Assembly: GCA_964016885.1 (NCBI GenBank)
Contig: OZ024740.1
Location: forward strand, 345,836,001-345,900,000
Source of the DNA: Eledone cirrhosa
Taxonomy: Eukaryota
Direction of reading: 5' to 3'
DNA length: 64,000 bases
Each line of letters starts with the position of its first letter. Positions within the stretch are counted from its first letter, which is position 1. Below, in pieces: positions 30,749 to 47,823 of this stretch. Under the pieces are notes generated by a model. It was not told the origin of the DNA, did not search any database, and saw only the letters and a program-made list of their open reading frames with translations. Position numbers and translations under genes: made by a program.

Positions 30749-30849
30749 TATATATATATATATTATATATATATTATATATATATATATATATTATATAT
30801 ATATAATATATATATATCATATATATATTATATATATATATATATTATA

Positions 30850-30894
<45 letters not shown>

Positions 30895-30967
30895 AATATA
30901 TATATATCATATATATATTATATATATATATATCATATATATATTATATATATATATATATTATATA

Positions 30968-31045
<78 letters not shown>

Positions 31046-31049
31046 TATA

Positions 31050-31140
<91 letters not shown>

Positions 31141-31141
<1 letters not shown>

Positions 31142-31310
31142 ACGAAGGAAGTGTGGTAAGGAACCAGGTGGACCATAACACACCGGAGTACTCGATACTT
31201 TGGGGAGTAGAGTGGGTAATAGGAAAAGAGTCAGGACCTTGACGGCAGAGTTCAAGCCGTTGTCGAAACGGCTTGAGCTCTGCCATCGGTGTTCTGATTC
31301 TTTTCCTATA
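31141..31310. mobile_element. Short fold-back copy of the 29437-30385 family 3' end
   Basis: 31141-31260 is a diverged reverse complement of 30262-30383, then folds back (gtcgaaacggcttgagctctgcc...ttttccta). Confidence 0.8.
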
Positions 31311-31321
31311 TATATATATAT

Positions 31322-31784
31322 CTAGGGCGGGTAAAATTCCCGAGATCCATGGACGAGTTCTCTCCAGCGTTCTCTGTCCCTCATTATCGCTGCCATGTCC
31401 TTAGTAAAGACCTGAAAATCCGCCTCTTCATAGCTGTAGTGGAGTCTGTGCTGACGTACGGTTCTGAGACTTGGACACTGACCAAGAAACTCACTCAGAT
31501 GGTGGATGTGTGCTACACGAGAATGCTGAGGATGGCTCTGAACATTAAACAGTATACACTGAGGATGAAACACTCAGAGCTGTATGGGAGACTCCCAAAA
31601 GTCAGATCAAAAGTGACACAGAGGAGACTGAGGTTAGCTGGACATGCTCACCGACATCCAGAGTTGACATTGCACTGAGTGCTCCTGTGCGAGCCGCTAC
31701 ATGGAAACATTGGAAGAGGAAGACCAAGGTATGTTGATGCTCTAAGGACAGACACTGGTCTGTTGGAGACGCAGGACGTGGCAG

Positions 31785-31787
<3 letters not shown>
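31322..31787 (+). mobile_element. RTE-like LINE 3' fragment inserted in (TA)n
   Basis: KIRLFIAVVESVLTYGSETWTLTKKL...YTRMLRMALNI...ELYGRLPKV...[13 protein letters not shown]....LL.EP.HG..GRGRP; first ~60 bp appear inverted. Confidence 0.88.
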
Positions 31788-31840
<53 letters not shown>

Positions 31841-31867
31841 TTATATATATATATGTATATATATATG

Positions 31868-31957
<90 letters not shown>

Positions 31958-32024
31958 ATAATAATACATTTGAAGACTAAAATCCAAAGAGGGCTCGATA
32001 AGGATAAATATATAACAAATATAT

Positions 32025-32305
32025 AAGAACCGTAGAGCACGACTTCTTTTATACCATAAACGTCTTTGCGTGTAATTGTTTTTCACCGCTCCTATTAATG
32101 ACGTATTATATTCGTTTTTTCCCGTTCTTTGCCAGGGAACGTTTCCATTAACCAAAGTATCGTCTTCCTGTCTTCCTCCGGTTGCAACGTTTTTTGAAAT
32201 ATCCACTTCTGCGTTTACAGATTGACTTTATTAGTTTTAGAAGATCCCGTTAAGGGTGAAAGCAGCTATTCTTTGCTTAAACTTTAATCTGTTATTTTAA
32301 TAAAT
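32025..32305 (+). repeat. Dispersed repeat, same family as arms of 34790-35530
   Basis: Highly similar to 35315-35530 and to the reverse complement of 34793-35090. Confidence 0.9.
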
Positions 32306-32575
32306 ATATATATATATATATATAATATAAGATCAAAAGATGGTTAAAGGAGTTCCATATATTTTATTATGCGCATTTCAAAAACAAACATCATCAAGCA
32401 ATAATATTTGTGTTTTCATCAGATAAAACAGGAGAACATGATATGAAGGCTAAAAAACACTTGTTGATAGTGCAGTTTTAAATCAACATATATATATATA
32501 TCATATTGTTGGCCACTTATAATTTGAATACCCTCGAACCCCACGCGCACAAACACACACATACACACACATACA

Positions 32576-32654
<79 letters not shown>

Positions 32655-33194
32655 GCGTGTGTATGGTGTGTATGCGATTGCACTTTCGAGCGGTTGTCTG
32701 TGAATCTTGTTACCAATGTTTTACTTATAATTGATATTCTGTTTCGGTTGAAAGTAAGCGAACACTTCAGAAAGTCTAATAGATCGTTAAAACATTAAAA
32801 AAAAGTTTTAACTAAATCTCAGGGCGTGACTTGCTGTAAAGGGGAGACAATACTCATCACCACAACAAACTTTACTTCAGAGCCATTATAATTAAATGAA
32901 TACTGAGGTTAATGATGATTTATTAAAGTTCATTCTTATAATTATTAGTTGATAATTCTGTTAGATTTGATATTCTGGGATTTTAATACCCTTGGCACGT
33001 ATAAAGGTTAAAGTTTACTTTTCCGATCGATTATTAATTCGACTGTATTAGCAATTTACAAATTTAACCACTCTGGAAATTTGTTTACATTTTCTAGTCT
33101 CCGTAGCTAACCGTATTAGGTACATCTCATATAATATATATTGTTCATCATATATTGGGCATATATGTACTAACTTATGTAAAAACACTTTTCC

Positions 33195-33298
<104 letters not shown>

Positions 33299-33419
33299 GT
33301 GTGTGTGTGTGTGTGTATATATGTATATATATATATATATATAAAGATACGTAGAAAGTAAAATTAATACTAGGGCTTCTCTTGACAATGAAATAGTAAA
33401 TTGAATCGTCATTGCGAGA

Positions 33420-33640
33420 GATGATTTGGGGAACCTGCGAGCCTAAGAGAGGATTCAGTTTAAAAACCAAAATCTAAGATTACTCTGCTGTTTGGGTTTG
33501 AATCCTGGGCAACATATAGAACGCAGTTACATAGTCTCCACAAAAGATATATCAGAAATATCTGTGGTTTCACAGCTGTTTCATGAAACATAAAATTGAA
33601 ATGATCCGGCCAGATGAAACTCTGAACTTGATAATAAATA
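33420..33640 (+). mobile_element. Small decayed RTE-like fragment
   Basis: Translates ITLLFGFESWATYR....SLHKRYIRNICGF (~TLLYG.E.W..Y......FH.RCLR.I). Confidence 0.45.
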
Positions 33641-34385
33641 ATGTTATATTGATAATGATACAAATTTGGCGATGTCGATCGAATATACTTTGCTATAAAA
33701 TTGGTATTTAATATTCTTTTTTTCCCTACACCTCAGATTTTAAGAATGGTGATCGAACGTCCCCTTCTAAAGTTTACGAGCATTCCATTGCAATGAAAAC
33801 TTTAATTATTTGATAATTTCCTAAGGTACTAGATGAATTATTAACTGCCTTTGTTCCTAAAATAATCCATTACAAGAGAATACCTAATCCAGTTAAACGC
33901 AGGTCTATCGAATGTGTTCTGGGGAGATCATAAGTAAAGTATGTGCTCCGGAGAAATAATAGCTAATGTTGTTATGTAATCGGAATTTGAAATCAATTAT
34001 GCAATGCATTTGAAAGTGAGTTCCATTGAGTTATCGCTACCCCAATAACATTTTTGTTTATGTAAATATCCAATATGTTATATCTCCCTAAAACACACTC
34101 GTGCTCGGATTTGGTTATCTATCTGAGTATTTGTCCAACACTCACTGTCTCACACACATTCCCGTTTTCCAATCGCTCCTTGTTTTTTTTCTCTCTCTCC
34201 TGCGTTTTACTATATATATTTACATACACACCCACCCACACATATATATATATATACGCACACACACACCCACATATATATATATATATACACACACACA
34301 CACCCACACATATATATATATATACACACACACACACCCACACATATATATATATATACACACACACACACATATATATATATAT

Positions 34386-34487
<102 letters not shown>

Positions 34488-34560
34488 GTGTGTGTATATA
34501 TATATATATATATAGTAATAATAATAAATTCGAAGACTAAAATCCAAAGTGGGCTCGATA

Positions 34561-34677
<117 letters not shown>

Positions 34678-34695
34678 TATATAATATATAATATA

Positions 34696-34738
<43 letters not shown>

Positions 34739-34789
34739 ATTATATATATATATATATATATAATATAATATATATATATATATACATAT

Positions 34790-35530
34790 ATATTTATTAA
34801 AATAACAGATTAAAGTTTAAGCAAAGAATCGCTGCTTTCACCCTTAACGGGTTCTTCTGAAACTAACAAAGTCAATCTGTAAACGCAGAACTGGATATTT
34901 CAAAAAACGTTGCAACCGGAGGAAGACAGGAAGACGTTACAGGAAGACGTTACAGGAAGACGTTACAGGAAGACGTTCGTGGAAACGTTCGCTGGCGAAG
35001 AACGGGAAAAATGAATAATACGTCATTAATAGGTGAAAAACAATTACGCGCAAAGACAGAACCACGTTTATGGTATAAAAGAGGTCGTAGACTAATGTTC
35101 TCTTAGGTGGTGCATAGAGACGTTTTCTGGTAATGAACGAAAAAACAAAGATAATACGTCATACGTGGAGCGTGGAGAACAATAGCACGCAAAGACAAAA
35201 CCACGTAAATGGTATAGCAGTAGTCGTAGACTAAAATTCTAACTAGGAGACCAAATGAATCTCCGCTACAGAGTTAAGAACAAAGTAAATAAATACAATA
35301 GTGGTTCTGTCTATGCGCGTAATTGTTTTTAACCGCTCCTATTAATGACGTATTATTCATTTTTCCCGTTCTTCGCCAGCGAACGTTTCCACGAACCAAA
35401 ATATCGTCTTCCTGTCTTCCTCCGGTTGCAACGTTTTTTGAAATATCCACTTCTGCGTTTACAGATTGACTTTGTTAGTTTCAGAAGATCCCGTTAAGGG
35501 TGAAAGCAGCGATTCTTTGCTTAAACTTTA
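34790..35530. mobile_element. Inverted-arm non-coding element (arms 34793-35065 and 35305-35530) with internal 13-bp tandem x4 (34926-34977)
   Basis: Arms are reverse complements; acaggaagacgtt x4 in the left arm only; right arm runs into the gap. Confidence 0.85.
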
Positions 35531-35730
35531 NNNNNNNNNNNNNNNNNNNNNNNNNNNNNNNNNNNNNNNNNNNNNNNNNNNNNNNNNNNNNNNNNNNNNN
35601 NNNNNNNNNNNNNNNNNNNNNNNNNNNNNNNNNNNNNNNNNNNNNNNNNNNNNNNNNNNNNNNNNNNNNNNNNNNNNNNNNNNNNNNNNNNNNNNNNNNN
35701 NNNNNNNNNNNNNNNNNNNNNNNNNNNNNN
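35531..35730. other. Assembly gap (200 N)
   Basis: Run of N. Confidence 1.
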
Positions 35731-35746
35731 TATATATATATATATA

Positions 35747-35811
<65 letters not shown>

Positions 35812-36839
35812 ACATATTTATTTTTGAGACTCGAAACAATTTCGGTAAAGGTAACCATAGTAAGTACAGTGAATTTTTTGTAATTTATTTTGAAACTTTT
35901 TCTTATTTGCTAATCCGTTCAAATACACCTTCTGTTGGGTAAATTAACATGTTCACATTTTTAGTTCTCCAATTTAAACATCACTGTGTCGAAAGCCAAC
36001 GTCCGTTAATAAAACAATGAATAAAACCATTTATAATAAAAAGAAGTTAGGTTAGTGCTTCCTGAGAAGAGACCAGGAAAACTATTCATTGAAAATTATA
36101 AGTCTATAGAGAAAAAGAGACGAAACAGTAACAAACAAAACATTCCAAATTAAACAGAAGTAACAAAAGTCAATTCTTGACTTGGTTTATTCTCTGAGAC
36201 ATTTCATGAATATTTCTTGATTAATGACATAGTTAAACGTGTTATCGAACGACAGAATCAAATTTATAAACGTTCTCAGTCCCTGCACCAACTCCTAAAT
36301 GAAACATTTTGTCCCAAGAGATATGCATTGGGACGAATGAAATAAACTTGCATATTACGTCTTGACCATGACCTAAACTAACACATGGTGCAAAAACTTT
36401 ACATTGTGTTTAATTGAATTTCATGTCGTAAAAACATTTCTCTTTTACATATTCTCGCGGAAGAACAGAAATTAGTTAATAGAAGAATCTTTGTTTGTAT
36501 AACACAATCATCTGCACTTTTTTCTTGAATATGTGTGTGTTTGTTATTCTGCTGCATTCACCCTGTAAATGTGTTAATTGTTTAACCTCACCAGGCAAAT
36601 GAAGCTTGCAATAACTTTTCTTGTTTGCAATGCCCCGTTTGCATGAATGAATTATTTTTTTGTTTATAATTATTTATTTATTTATTCATTTATTTATTTA
36701 TATTTTTTGTGCAAAAGTTTCAACGATGGCTAGAAACGGTCAATATAGCCTCCTATCCTCGTCCGTAGACCAACACAAACACGTATATCGAGCTATCGAT
36801 CTCTCTATTTCTCTCTCTCGCTCACTTTTCTCCCCCTCT

Positions 36840-36947
<108 letters not shown>

Positions 36948-36984
36948 GGGGGGGGGGGCATGTATATATATATGTATATATATT

Positions 36985-37300
36985 TGTTTTGGAAGGTTTT
37001 TTTTATATGAAATCGTGTGTTGAAACAAATATTGTTATACATGGGGAGGGTCATATTGTTGTAATATTGCCAGAAACACTTACTGTTTGATTTAGATTTT
37101 CGCCTCAGTATCTTTTATATCTCCATAGTTAATTTATCTGGCAAATAATATTTTGATTGACCAACGATTAAAAATACATATATAAATATATATATATTCT
37201 CTCAAAGTTCTTTCATCATGCACCTGTGACATCATCAGTGGTTCTATTATGTTTTCTCCCGTTGTATTGTTATGTCTACGCCATTTATATTTTATTTATT
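36985..37300 (-). mobile_element. Older PLE pLTR copy (family of 6031-7700 / 24240-24630) with HHR relic 37202-37243
   Basis: Matches gggagggtca.at...gtaatattgccagaa...caaagttctttc...catc.tcagtggt; minus core CTGATGA-tgtca...tgat-GAAA-gaacTT. Confidence 0.82.
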
Positions 37301-38251
37301 AAAATAATAATAAATAATAATAAATAATGTTTATTCATAAATATATATATAAATATGTGTGTGTGTGTATGCGTGCGTCTCTGTGTGTGTATGATATTCA
37401 CATCATATGTATATGAAACATATCTATATACATACTACTGTATAACGGTAAGCGACAATGTGGTAATATATATATGAATTTGCACATTTATTGTGAACAA
37501 CCCAATTTCACGTAGTTTCTTTTATATATATACATGGATTCTAATTTCCGTTGACTGTGGCTTCAAATAGAAAATCAAAAAAACCTGCATACTTTGAAGT
37601 ATTCCGTATCTCATATTTTCAAGACACCCTCTTTATTGTTTGATATAAAATTGCCAAGTAGTACAATATTTGTTCACGGAAGTAAAAGGCAATTGTTTTC
37701 ATATTTTCAGCTTCATATTTCAATCTGTTTACTCATTTTTGTTTCGACATTTTAAAATATATCTTTGATTATATCACACATCCACTCATCCAAAATTACA
37801 ACAGTAATTAATAAAATACTCAGAAAAGTTCATGGAAATAATTTATGATAATGAAGCGTCTGCTCTGATAAAAAAGAAAATCTATTTCTGAAGAGTTCGA
37901 ATGAAAAGCCTCAGTGCGAAGTAATCCAGGTAAATTCAAGTATTGACGAGTGAATTCTGCCTGATGTATATATAAGCAGTAATGACTCATACATTGAATA
38001 TGATACATCAAATGGAGATATATCAACGTTACCTATCTTTCAGCAGACGGTAAGTGTTAAATAAAGAAGAGAAGGGCACTCTCCGTATGCGATATATTCT
38101 AGTTGATTTTGCGAATCCTCTTGATATGGCTTCTCAGAAAACGAAAAACGAATATTATACCTAATTCCCGTTCACTAAATATATAAAGTATTAAGAAAGC
38201 AAAAACAAAGCTCGAAATCAGTCATTATACTACACATACAATCATATATGC

Positions 38252-38329
<78 letters not shown>

Positions 38330-39294
38330 ACATAGATGCACACATGCAACCCCTCCCTATATATATATATATATATTGCTTCTATATTTCAGATCACGCT
38401 TTATTGTGAAGATTATTTTGTGAAGATTATTTTTAATGCAGCAAATTGCACTTATATATATATATTTAACCCAGTTAATAGACCATGACTCGCCAATTCT
38501 ATTCACTTCATATCACTATTGCTCTTGAGAAAACCACAAAATTCAATCAGCCTATAGATTGGCTTCTTTAGCCACTAACAAACGTGGTAAATGCAAGAAA
38601 TGCACGTTTTCCACACTTTTCCTCGATGAAAATGAAGAGTATTTTTCTACTGCAGAAACAGAGACCATGAATAGATTAACCAGAAAATACTTTTTCCCAT
38701 GTAATTCCAGAGTTTTATTTTCAATCCATATCAAAAGATCTGATTATTGTAATTTTGCCCCTAGGACTCGAAAACCTCTATTCAAATAAGGAGTCCTGAG
38801 ATCAATTCATACACTAAGCATTGCTAAATATTCTTTTATATAGATTTATCACACTAGTTTAATATCAGTTGCTGATATAAAGCGATGTTTATAAGAGGCT
38901 AGGAAATATAAAATGCAGAGTACAGGTTCGCCTATGAGCCGTCTTATAATAGAATTGTTTATAGTGCATTACGTTGGTTTTTAACTTTTGAGGATATTAT
39001 TTCCTGAGTTTGTCTTGTAAATAATTGCTGATTGAGTAAATTATGAGAGTCGACAGAGGGAAAATACATCACAAAATAAGCTACCACTAGTAGCCTACAT
39101 AGGAGATTGTTTCTACGCCACTCTCTCTTTTACTCTTGTAATCCTACTACAAATAATTCTACTGCTTTGAATTTTCAAATATACCTGAGGTAAACATCTC
39201 TTCTCCATAATACTACTGCATCGAATTTTCAAATAAATCTACCTGGAGTAAGCATCTCTTCTCAAATTTTCATCCTTATGATGTATGACACATA

Positions 39295-39690
39295 GGGCAA
39301 TGAATTGGCAATATCGGTGGAGCGTCGATCAACTTGGTTTGCGACATAAAATTACGACCCTTTACGTACTATGTTCAAATGCCATCGAAGTTATCTTTGA
39401 CTTTCATCATTATGTGGTCGATACAATAAAGGACCAGTTACACATTGGAGTCGATTAACTTTATCCTTTCCTTGAAATAGCTCGCCTTAAGCGAAATGTA
39501 GAAACTATTATATATGACACATGTAGAACGGTGAATTGGTAGTAGAGGTAGAGCGTCGGACAACCCAGACTAGCCTTTCTTTTCACAACTAAGGCGTCGA
39601 TATATTAGAGTAAATATCAGATACTTGGTTGATAATCGATTTCACCTCTCCTCCTGTTGCAGGCTTTGTGCCTAGAAGAGAAATCATTAT
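39295..39690 (+). mobile_element. Two decayed SINE family A copies (39295-39510, 39528-39690)
   Basis: gaattggcaatatcggtggagcgtcg...gttcaaatgcc...ctttgactttcatc; second copy internally deleted. Confidence 0.7.
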
Positions 39691-40607
39691 ATATGACACT
39701 ACATTTTGCATTAGTTAAAATGCTGGTAGATTTAATACTATAACTAAAGCTATGTGGAATTATCTCTCTGACCATGTTTATCGTATGGGTATATTTTTAA
39801 AAAATGTAATGCTAGACATTAATCACATAGACTTGTGCCTACATTTGATTAAATGAAAAAGAACACAATGAAAAAAAAACAAAATAATGTCAAAAATGAC
39901 TTGCATTAGCAATAACTTACTACCGATACTATAGTAGCTGACTCCTTCGGTGTACACAATATTACATTCCCATATCACCTTTCTCTTTCCGCAAAATGTA
40001 ATACATGTTCGTACCTTTAAATAGTCATCTTCTGACGTTTATGTCAATTTCATCCCTGAATATCCAACCGCAAATTCATTTAAGCAGACAAGATGGCAGT
40101 GCGCGAAAGTTATTTATTTTTAAAAGAATGTAACAGCACAAGTGATACAAATTAATTCGCAGATGTACTCAGTTCTGATAAAATGGCAAAACAATTCTTG
40201 ATCTATATCAAACTTAAATCCATACTTATGTAACATTTGCTTTTAAAAATTATTATATCTGTACAATGTACAACTTTCACGGAAGGATGGAGTGACTAAT
40301 ATTTACGGAATTTAGGGACGTCCATTTGAAGTTCTACGTTCAAATCTCACCTTCTGTTCTTTCTACTCCTAGAAATAAGTACTAATGTAGCGCACAGATT
40401 TTAAATAGATTTAAAAAAAAGAAATGAACACACGAAACAAAACGATATTTAAACGAATTCAAATACAAATAAAACTCATAATTAAACCAAGTTGACGAAA
40501 ATAAATACAATAAAATTATTAAAAAAAAATAATAATCTACCTATTTTAATTTCCATGTAGTCAAACCTCGACTGATCTGAAATAAACTAACTTATAGCGG
40601 AAGTAGA

Positions 40608-40668
<61 letters not shown>

Positions 40669-41436
40669 TCTGTGTGTGTGTATTATTTAGGTGCACGTGC
40701 GTGTGTGTGCGTAGATCCCGAGTTTAATCGAAGGTACCCACAGTAAAAGAAGTACTGAATACATTAGTAGAGTGAATACATCAGTATTTAATAAAGAAAT
40801 GCATTCTACAGGACGAGAACCGTTTCATTCATATGATTTCTTAGAAATGATCATAGGATGAATAACAAATTGTAGTTAGCGAGTTAGGCTTTACACCTAC
40901 CTCCCTTCTTCTGATAACCAATTACTGAAGCTGGTGCATTACTGACCGGGTTGTGGCAATTATTGCCCTTAATTAAGCCTCCTGCCTTTCGTTACCTGAG
41001 GGCACGGCCCCGAGACACTTGATATTTTCCAGCTGCTTATGTGGCACTGCACAAGCTTACTTGAAAGTACGAGTGTCTCATCTTTCGCAGCACTGATATC
41101 TAGTCATTCAGCATTCACTCTTAACCCTTTCAAGTGCATCTCAGAGATCTCCTAATTGGTAGGCTACAGACACAGAACATGTTCTCTCTCTCTATCCCCC
41201 CTCTCTCTCTCGGCCACACTCGCCCACAGCAAACACCAATGCAGATTTGAACACTCATTTCATATCCTTTAATTATCTCCATTTGATAAGTTATTTTAAA
41301 ATATAAGAGTCTCGTTGAAACATCAAATTTCAAAAATGGGCAAATAGTTAAAAACTATTTTCTCCTGGAAAACATAATTAATTTCCTTTCTCTTCTTATT
41401 TTCAACTACCCTCCCATTTCTACTTCTCTCGTTATC

Positions 41437-41541
<105 letters not shown>

Positions 41542-41631
41542 AGTCAATATATATATATATATATATCAAAGTTAGAAACTCAAAATAGTCTTACAATAAA
41601 ATAGCTATAGGAAAGAGATTTTTCCGAGACG

Positions 41632-43256
<1,625 letters not shown>

Positions 43257-43924
43257 AGAAAAAAAGAGAATCAGTGTTGCGACGAAAGGAATTTATTGGA
43301 TATATTGTTTCTCGGGCGACCAGCTCGAGGCACGATCGATGTGGTGATCAAACCTGACTCTTAAATCGTGGCGTCCTCGGATACGTCTCGATAATACGAA
43401 GCAGATTTTCCTATAGATAAAATCTGCTTCGTACTCTGCTATGATATTATGCTCTACGACGGCATCGAGTGCTCATGCGGCCTACCGCATACAGACGCTT
43501 TAAGCATCCAACACCAATTATATATATATATATACCTATATATATATATAGTGAAAGTGTGTTGAATAACATGGTCAACAGTACAAGAAGGGTTTTATTT
43601 ACAGTATTAACAATTGTTTCATTGGTTAAGTTGTCTTAAAATTGCTAATCATTTGAAGTTGTGTCACTCAATTTTAAATATGATGTTATTCTTCACTCTT
43701 TCACTATTATTTCTCCAAGTTTCCAAGTTACATAGAAACTCAAGAGAACTCATATACTCGGTACCTAAAGAAACCTCTTGTTGAGTCAAACAACGCCGTA
43801 CGCTAAAACTATCCACAACACGGAGTAAACACAACCTCTAACTGGATTACCTATAACGATAAATTGTTATCCCTTATATATATATGAAAATATATAAAAA
43901 TTTACATATACATAAAGTCAGATA

Positions 43925-44330
43925 TATATGTGGCAACCGGTCACGTTGTGGCTCAATGAAGAAGTAATAAATTAAATAATCAGAGCAATATATCATAAAT
44001 CATGTCCTTAGAATTATTAGATAAAATATATACCATTTCCTCTCCCAATTAGCATAATTAACCATATAGAAAATCAATTAGACCAGGCTATAAGAATAAA
44101 GGCTCCCATGAAGAAATATTTGATAAATAACCGAAAGCGGCCTCGTCGCGGCGACCCCAATAGAGTATTTACCCAACATTTAAACAGCATATAGAAACTG
44201 ACTAAATACACTGCAACCATACACAATTAGGTGTAAATTTAAACTTAGAAGAAACGTGTACATACCGTAATTACATCGCTTTCGGTTATTTATCAAATAT
44301 TTCTTCATAGGAGCCTTTATCCTTATATAT
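43925..44330. repeat. Dispersed repeat with internal inversion (44093-44148 vs 44276-44325); related pieces at 56715-56856 and 61660-61705
   Basis: gcaac.ggtcac.ttgtggctcaatgaa...aattaaataatcagagc.atatatcataaa.catgtc shared; 56772-56856 forms a hairpin with about 30-bp arms. Confidence 0.75.
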
Positions 44331-45119
44331 AAATATATATATATATATAGAGAGAGAGAGAAAGAGAAAGAGAGATTGATAGATAGATAGATAGATTGAT
44401 AGATAAATACATTCATATATTTTACTACAAATAGGAAGCAGTGACTACTGCTAACATTTTCGCTAATATTCATAAGGTGTCGTGGAAATTAAGGCCACGA
44501 TTAATTTATCCGCACACGCACACATACGCGCGCACACACATACACACACATATATACATGTATATATATACATATATATTCATATATATACATAGATACA
44601 CATTAGTATGTGAGTTTCTGATACACCCACACACACAAATGTATATGTGAGTGTGTGCGTGCACGTGTGTGTGTATGTGTGTATACATATGCTTGGGTGT
44701 GCCTAAACAGTATAATATATTCAAAATATAAAAGATGCTCTAATAAATACAAATATGAAATAAAGGAACGAAATATTTGAGCTGCCACAATACCCACTTA
44801 CGCAAACACGCATTGCGCCAGTGAATATATATTTCAAATAAATGACGCTAGCAGATGTTCTACCAAGTTTTCTGCTTGAGAATTCTTCAGTTGTCTGTAT
44901 CCAAAGGCACGGATCGCATATGAAAATGCCTTTATATATGCTGAGCTACGGATACATAGTTTAAGAAATATATCGTACGTATTTATGTGCGTATGTATGT
45001 GGTATGAATGTATGTATGCATGTATCGTTGCATGTATGTATGTGTGTATGTATATACGTATCTGTCTGTATGTAAGATTGTATGCAATTAATGCATACAT
45101 ATATACATATATACATACA

Positions 45120-45155
<36 letters not shown>

Positions 45156-45160
45156 TATAT

Positions 45161-45202
<42 letters not shown>

Positions 45203-45773
45203 GTATTTATATACATATATAAATATATGTATGTATGTAAGTATGTACGCATATATGTATGTTTGTGTCAATGTATGCATGTATTTATATATGTATGCAC
45301 GCATGTATGCATTTATGTCCTTATGTATGTGTGCATGTATCTATATATTTATGGATGTATTTTGCAATATATGTAGTTCCACAGTCGATCACTTTGATTA
45401 GTGCTTTTGGAGAAGCTAGAAGTAAAAGAAAAAAATTCAAATAAAATAACACAAAAATACCAATTAAAACAAAAACAACACTATATTGTTCATTTATCTC
45501 AGATTATCCAGCAAACGCTATTTTCTCATCCTCATTGTTCAGAAACAATATTTTGTTTGTCGCATCATTAAAGATTTCTGAAACAACACAACCGCTAAGG
45601 ATTTCTCAGTTTATCTATCTATCTATCAATCTATCTATCTATCTATTTGATTTCGATTGTTATAATTGTTTGTTTGTTTTATATATTTTTTTTTTACACG
45701 ACTGTATGTAAAATCCCCGCATGTGTCTTTGTATTGTCTCCTTTTCTTGTACGCCCTTGTGGCAAATAAAGAA

Positions 45774-45823
<50 letters not shown>

Positions 45824-46332
45824 ATATCTATTTATCTATCTATCTATCAAATTATATATCTATTTATCAATCTTTGTATGTAGCTCTCATTCCGTCTGTC
45901 CCTCTATTTATCTGCTTGTCTGTTTGACTGTCTCTGTCTATTTGAATAAAGATTTGTGTATAATATCTATCTATATATCTATTTATCTGTTTATCTGTCT
46001 ATCTATTTACCAATCTATCAATGTATCTGTTTCTCACTCCCACGTTCTTTCTTCCACCCAATGTCACTCTTATTTACAGCAAAGTACATCGTTGTTTCAG
46101 CCTTTAATGCAAGATATAGCTTCTCATCAAATAAAACATGTTATAAAGCGTCAAACAAGACAAGGGACATGTCTATTAAAAGCGTCGATTGTTTGTCTTA
46201 ACTTACCTTATGCGTTAACGGTCCGTCGTCAGCTTATACGTTCTTCACTCACAAGAGGAACTCCACACAAAAGGAATGTTGATGTAAATCAACAAAGTAA
46301 CATCTGCTCGGACACATGTCTATATTTCAGTA

Positions 46333-46386
<54 letters not shown>

Positions 46387-47337
46387 CATACATACTTGTA
46401 TATTTATTCACACACATGCGCGCATAATCAGTCTCGCAGACACACACATGCGCACACACACGCATACACACACAGAAACACAAATATGACCTAAGCCCAC
46501 ATAAAAATGCTGACAAACCCCTATCCTTTCAGGCAAATGTATATGCAAACACATTGCCGCGTTAAGACACACATATAGATGCATACATTCATATTTCTAT
46601 ACATGTGTGTATACATATATACATCTATATGAGTGTGCCTGTGCGTGTGTTTGTTTATCAGTATTATACGTATAATAGTCATCAACATATTTTTCTTTGT
46701 CTATTTTGCATGTATACGTCATTACTAAAAATCTTAGACGAATACATTCTCATAAGACATATTTTTAATTGTCTGTACTATTACGAAATAGATATATTCA
46801 TCTAAATGCAGTATGTTTTAATTCTATGAATTATACATTTACTAGTCTTCATTTTACTGAATCGTTTCCCTGCATTGGTTTTTGTTTACTTTTTGCTTAT
46901 ATTTATATATATACTCAAAGCACTGGTGCATAAGATAACATTCAATGGAAAAAAATACAGTGGAAAAAGGGACAGGCTATCTTATCAGTCCACCTCTGGA
47001 AAACAATGGAGTTTTGGAACATTGAAGCTGATACTGTTCATTCCAGTGCACATTGGGATTTAACAAAAGAGGTAGAGTCAAATGCTTTCGGGGAATTATT
47101 CAAGTACAGAGGAAAATGTATCCCAAGTGCGTCAACAAAGAAGGGAGAGAACTATGCGCAATGCCTTAGCGAAAGGAGAGATGTATAGAAAGGAGAGACT
47201 AGAAAAATGGACTGCATTCCAACTTGTGGACAAAGAAGAATAACACCGAGTCATAGAAAATTTAAGAAGGATGGATAGGAGGAAACAGGCCTGGTGGTGT
47301 AACGTCTAATATATAATAGTTTTGAAATAAGCATGTA

Positions 47338-47480
<143 letters not shown>

Positions 47481-47783
47481 TGGCTGCCAACTCGTTTTCG
47501 AGTACGGCCACTACTTTATATCCATGTAGGAGAACCCCTACCGATGTGTTGACTTTTTAGTCCAGCCAGCGACTTGAAATCTCTGGTACAAACACTACAC
47601 TTGTGACAATTATTGACACATAGTGCTGGGCCCATGGTACCATGTGACGACAAGTGCAGAGAGATCTCCAGATATAAAGCAATGCCTGTGCCGTGAAGCT
47701 TTTATAGTGAGCAAAGGCACTGCACAAAGCCAGTCCCACTCTCTTAACCAAGATGATATTTACCAAAAAGAAGAACAAGTCAA

Positions 47784-47823
<40 letters not shown>

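Noticed and set aside
43300-43385. Minus-strand CCGAGGA...GAAAcaat
   Set aside because: Helices cannot be closed convincingly.
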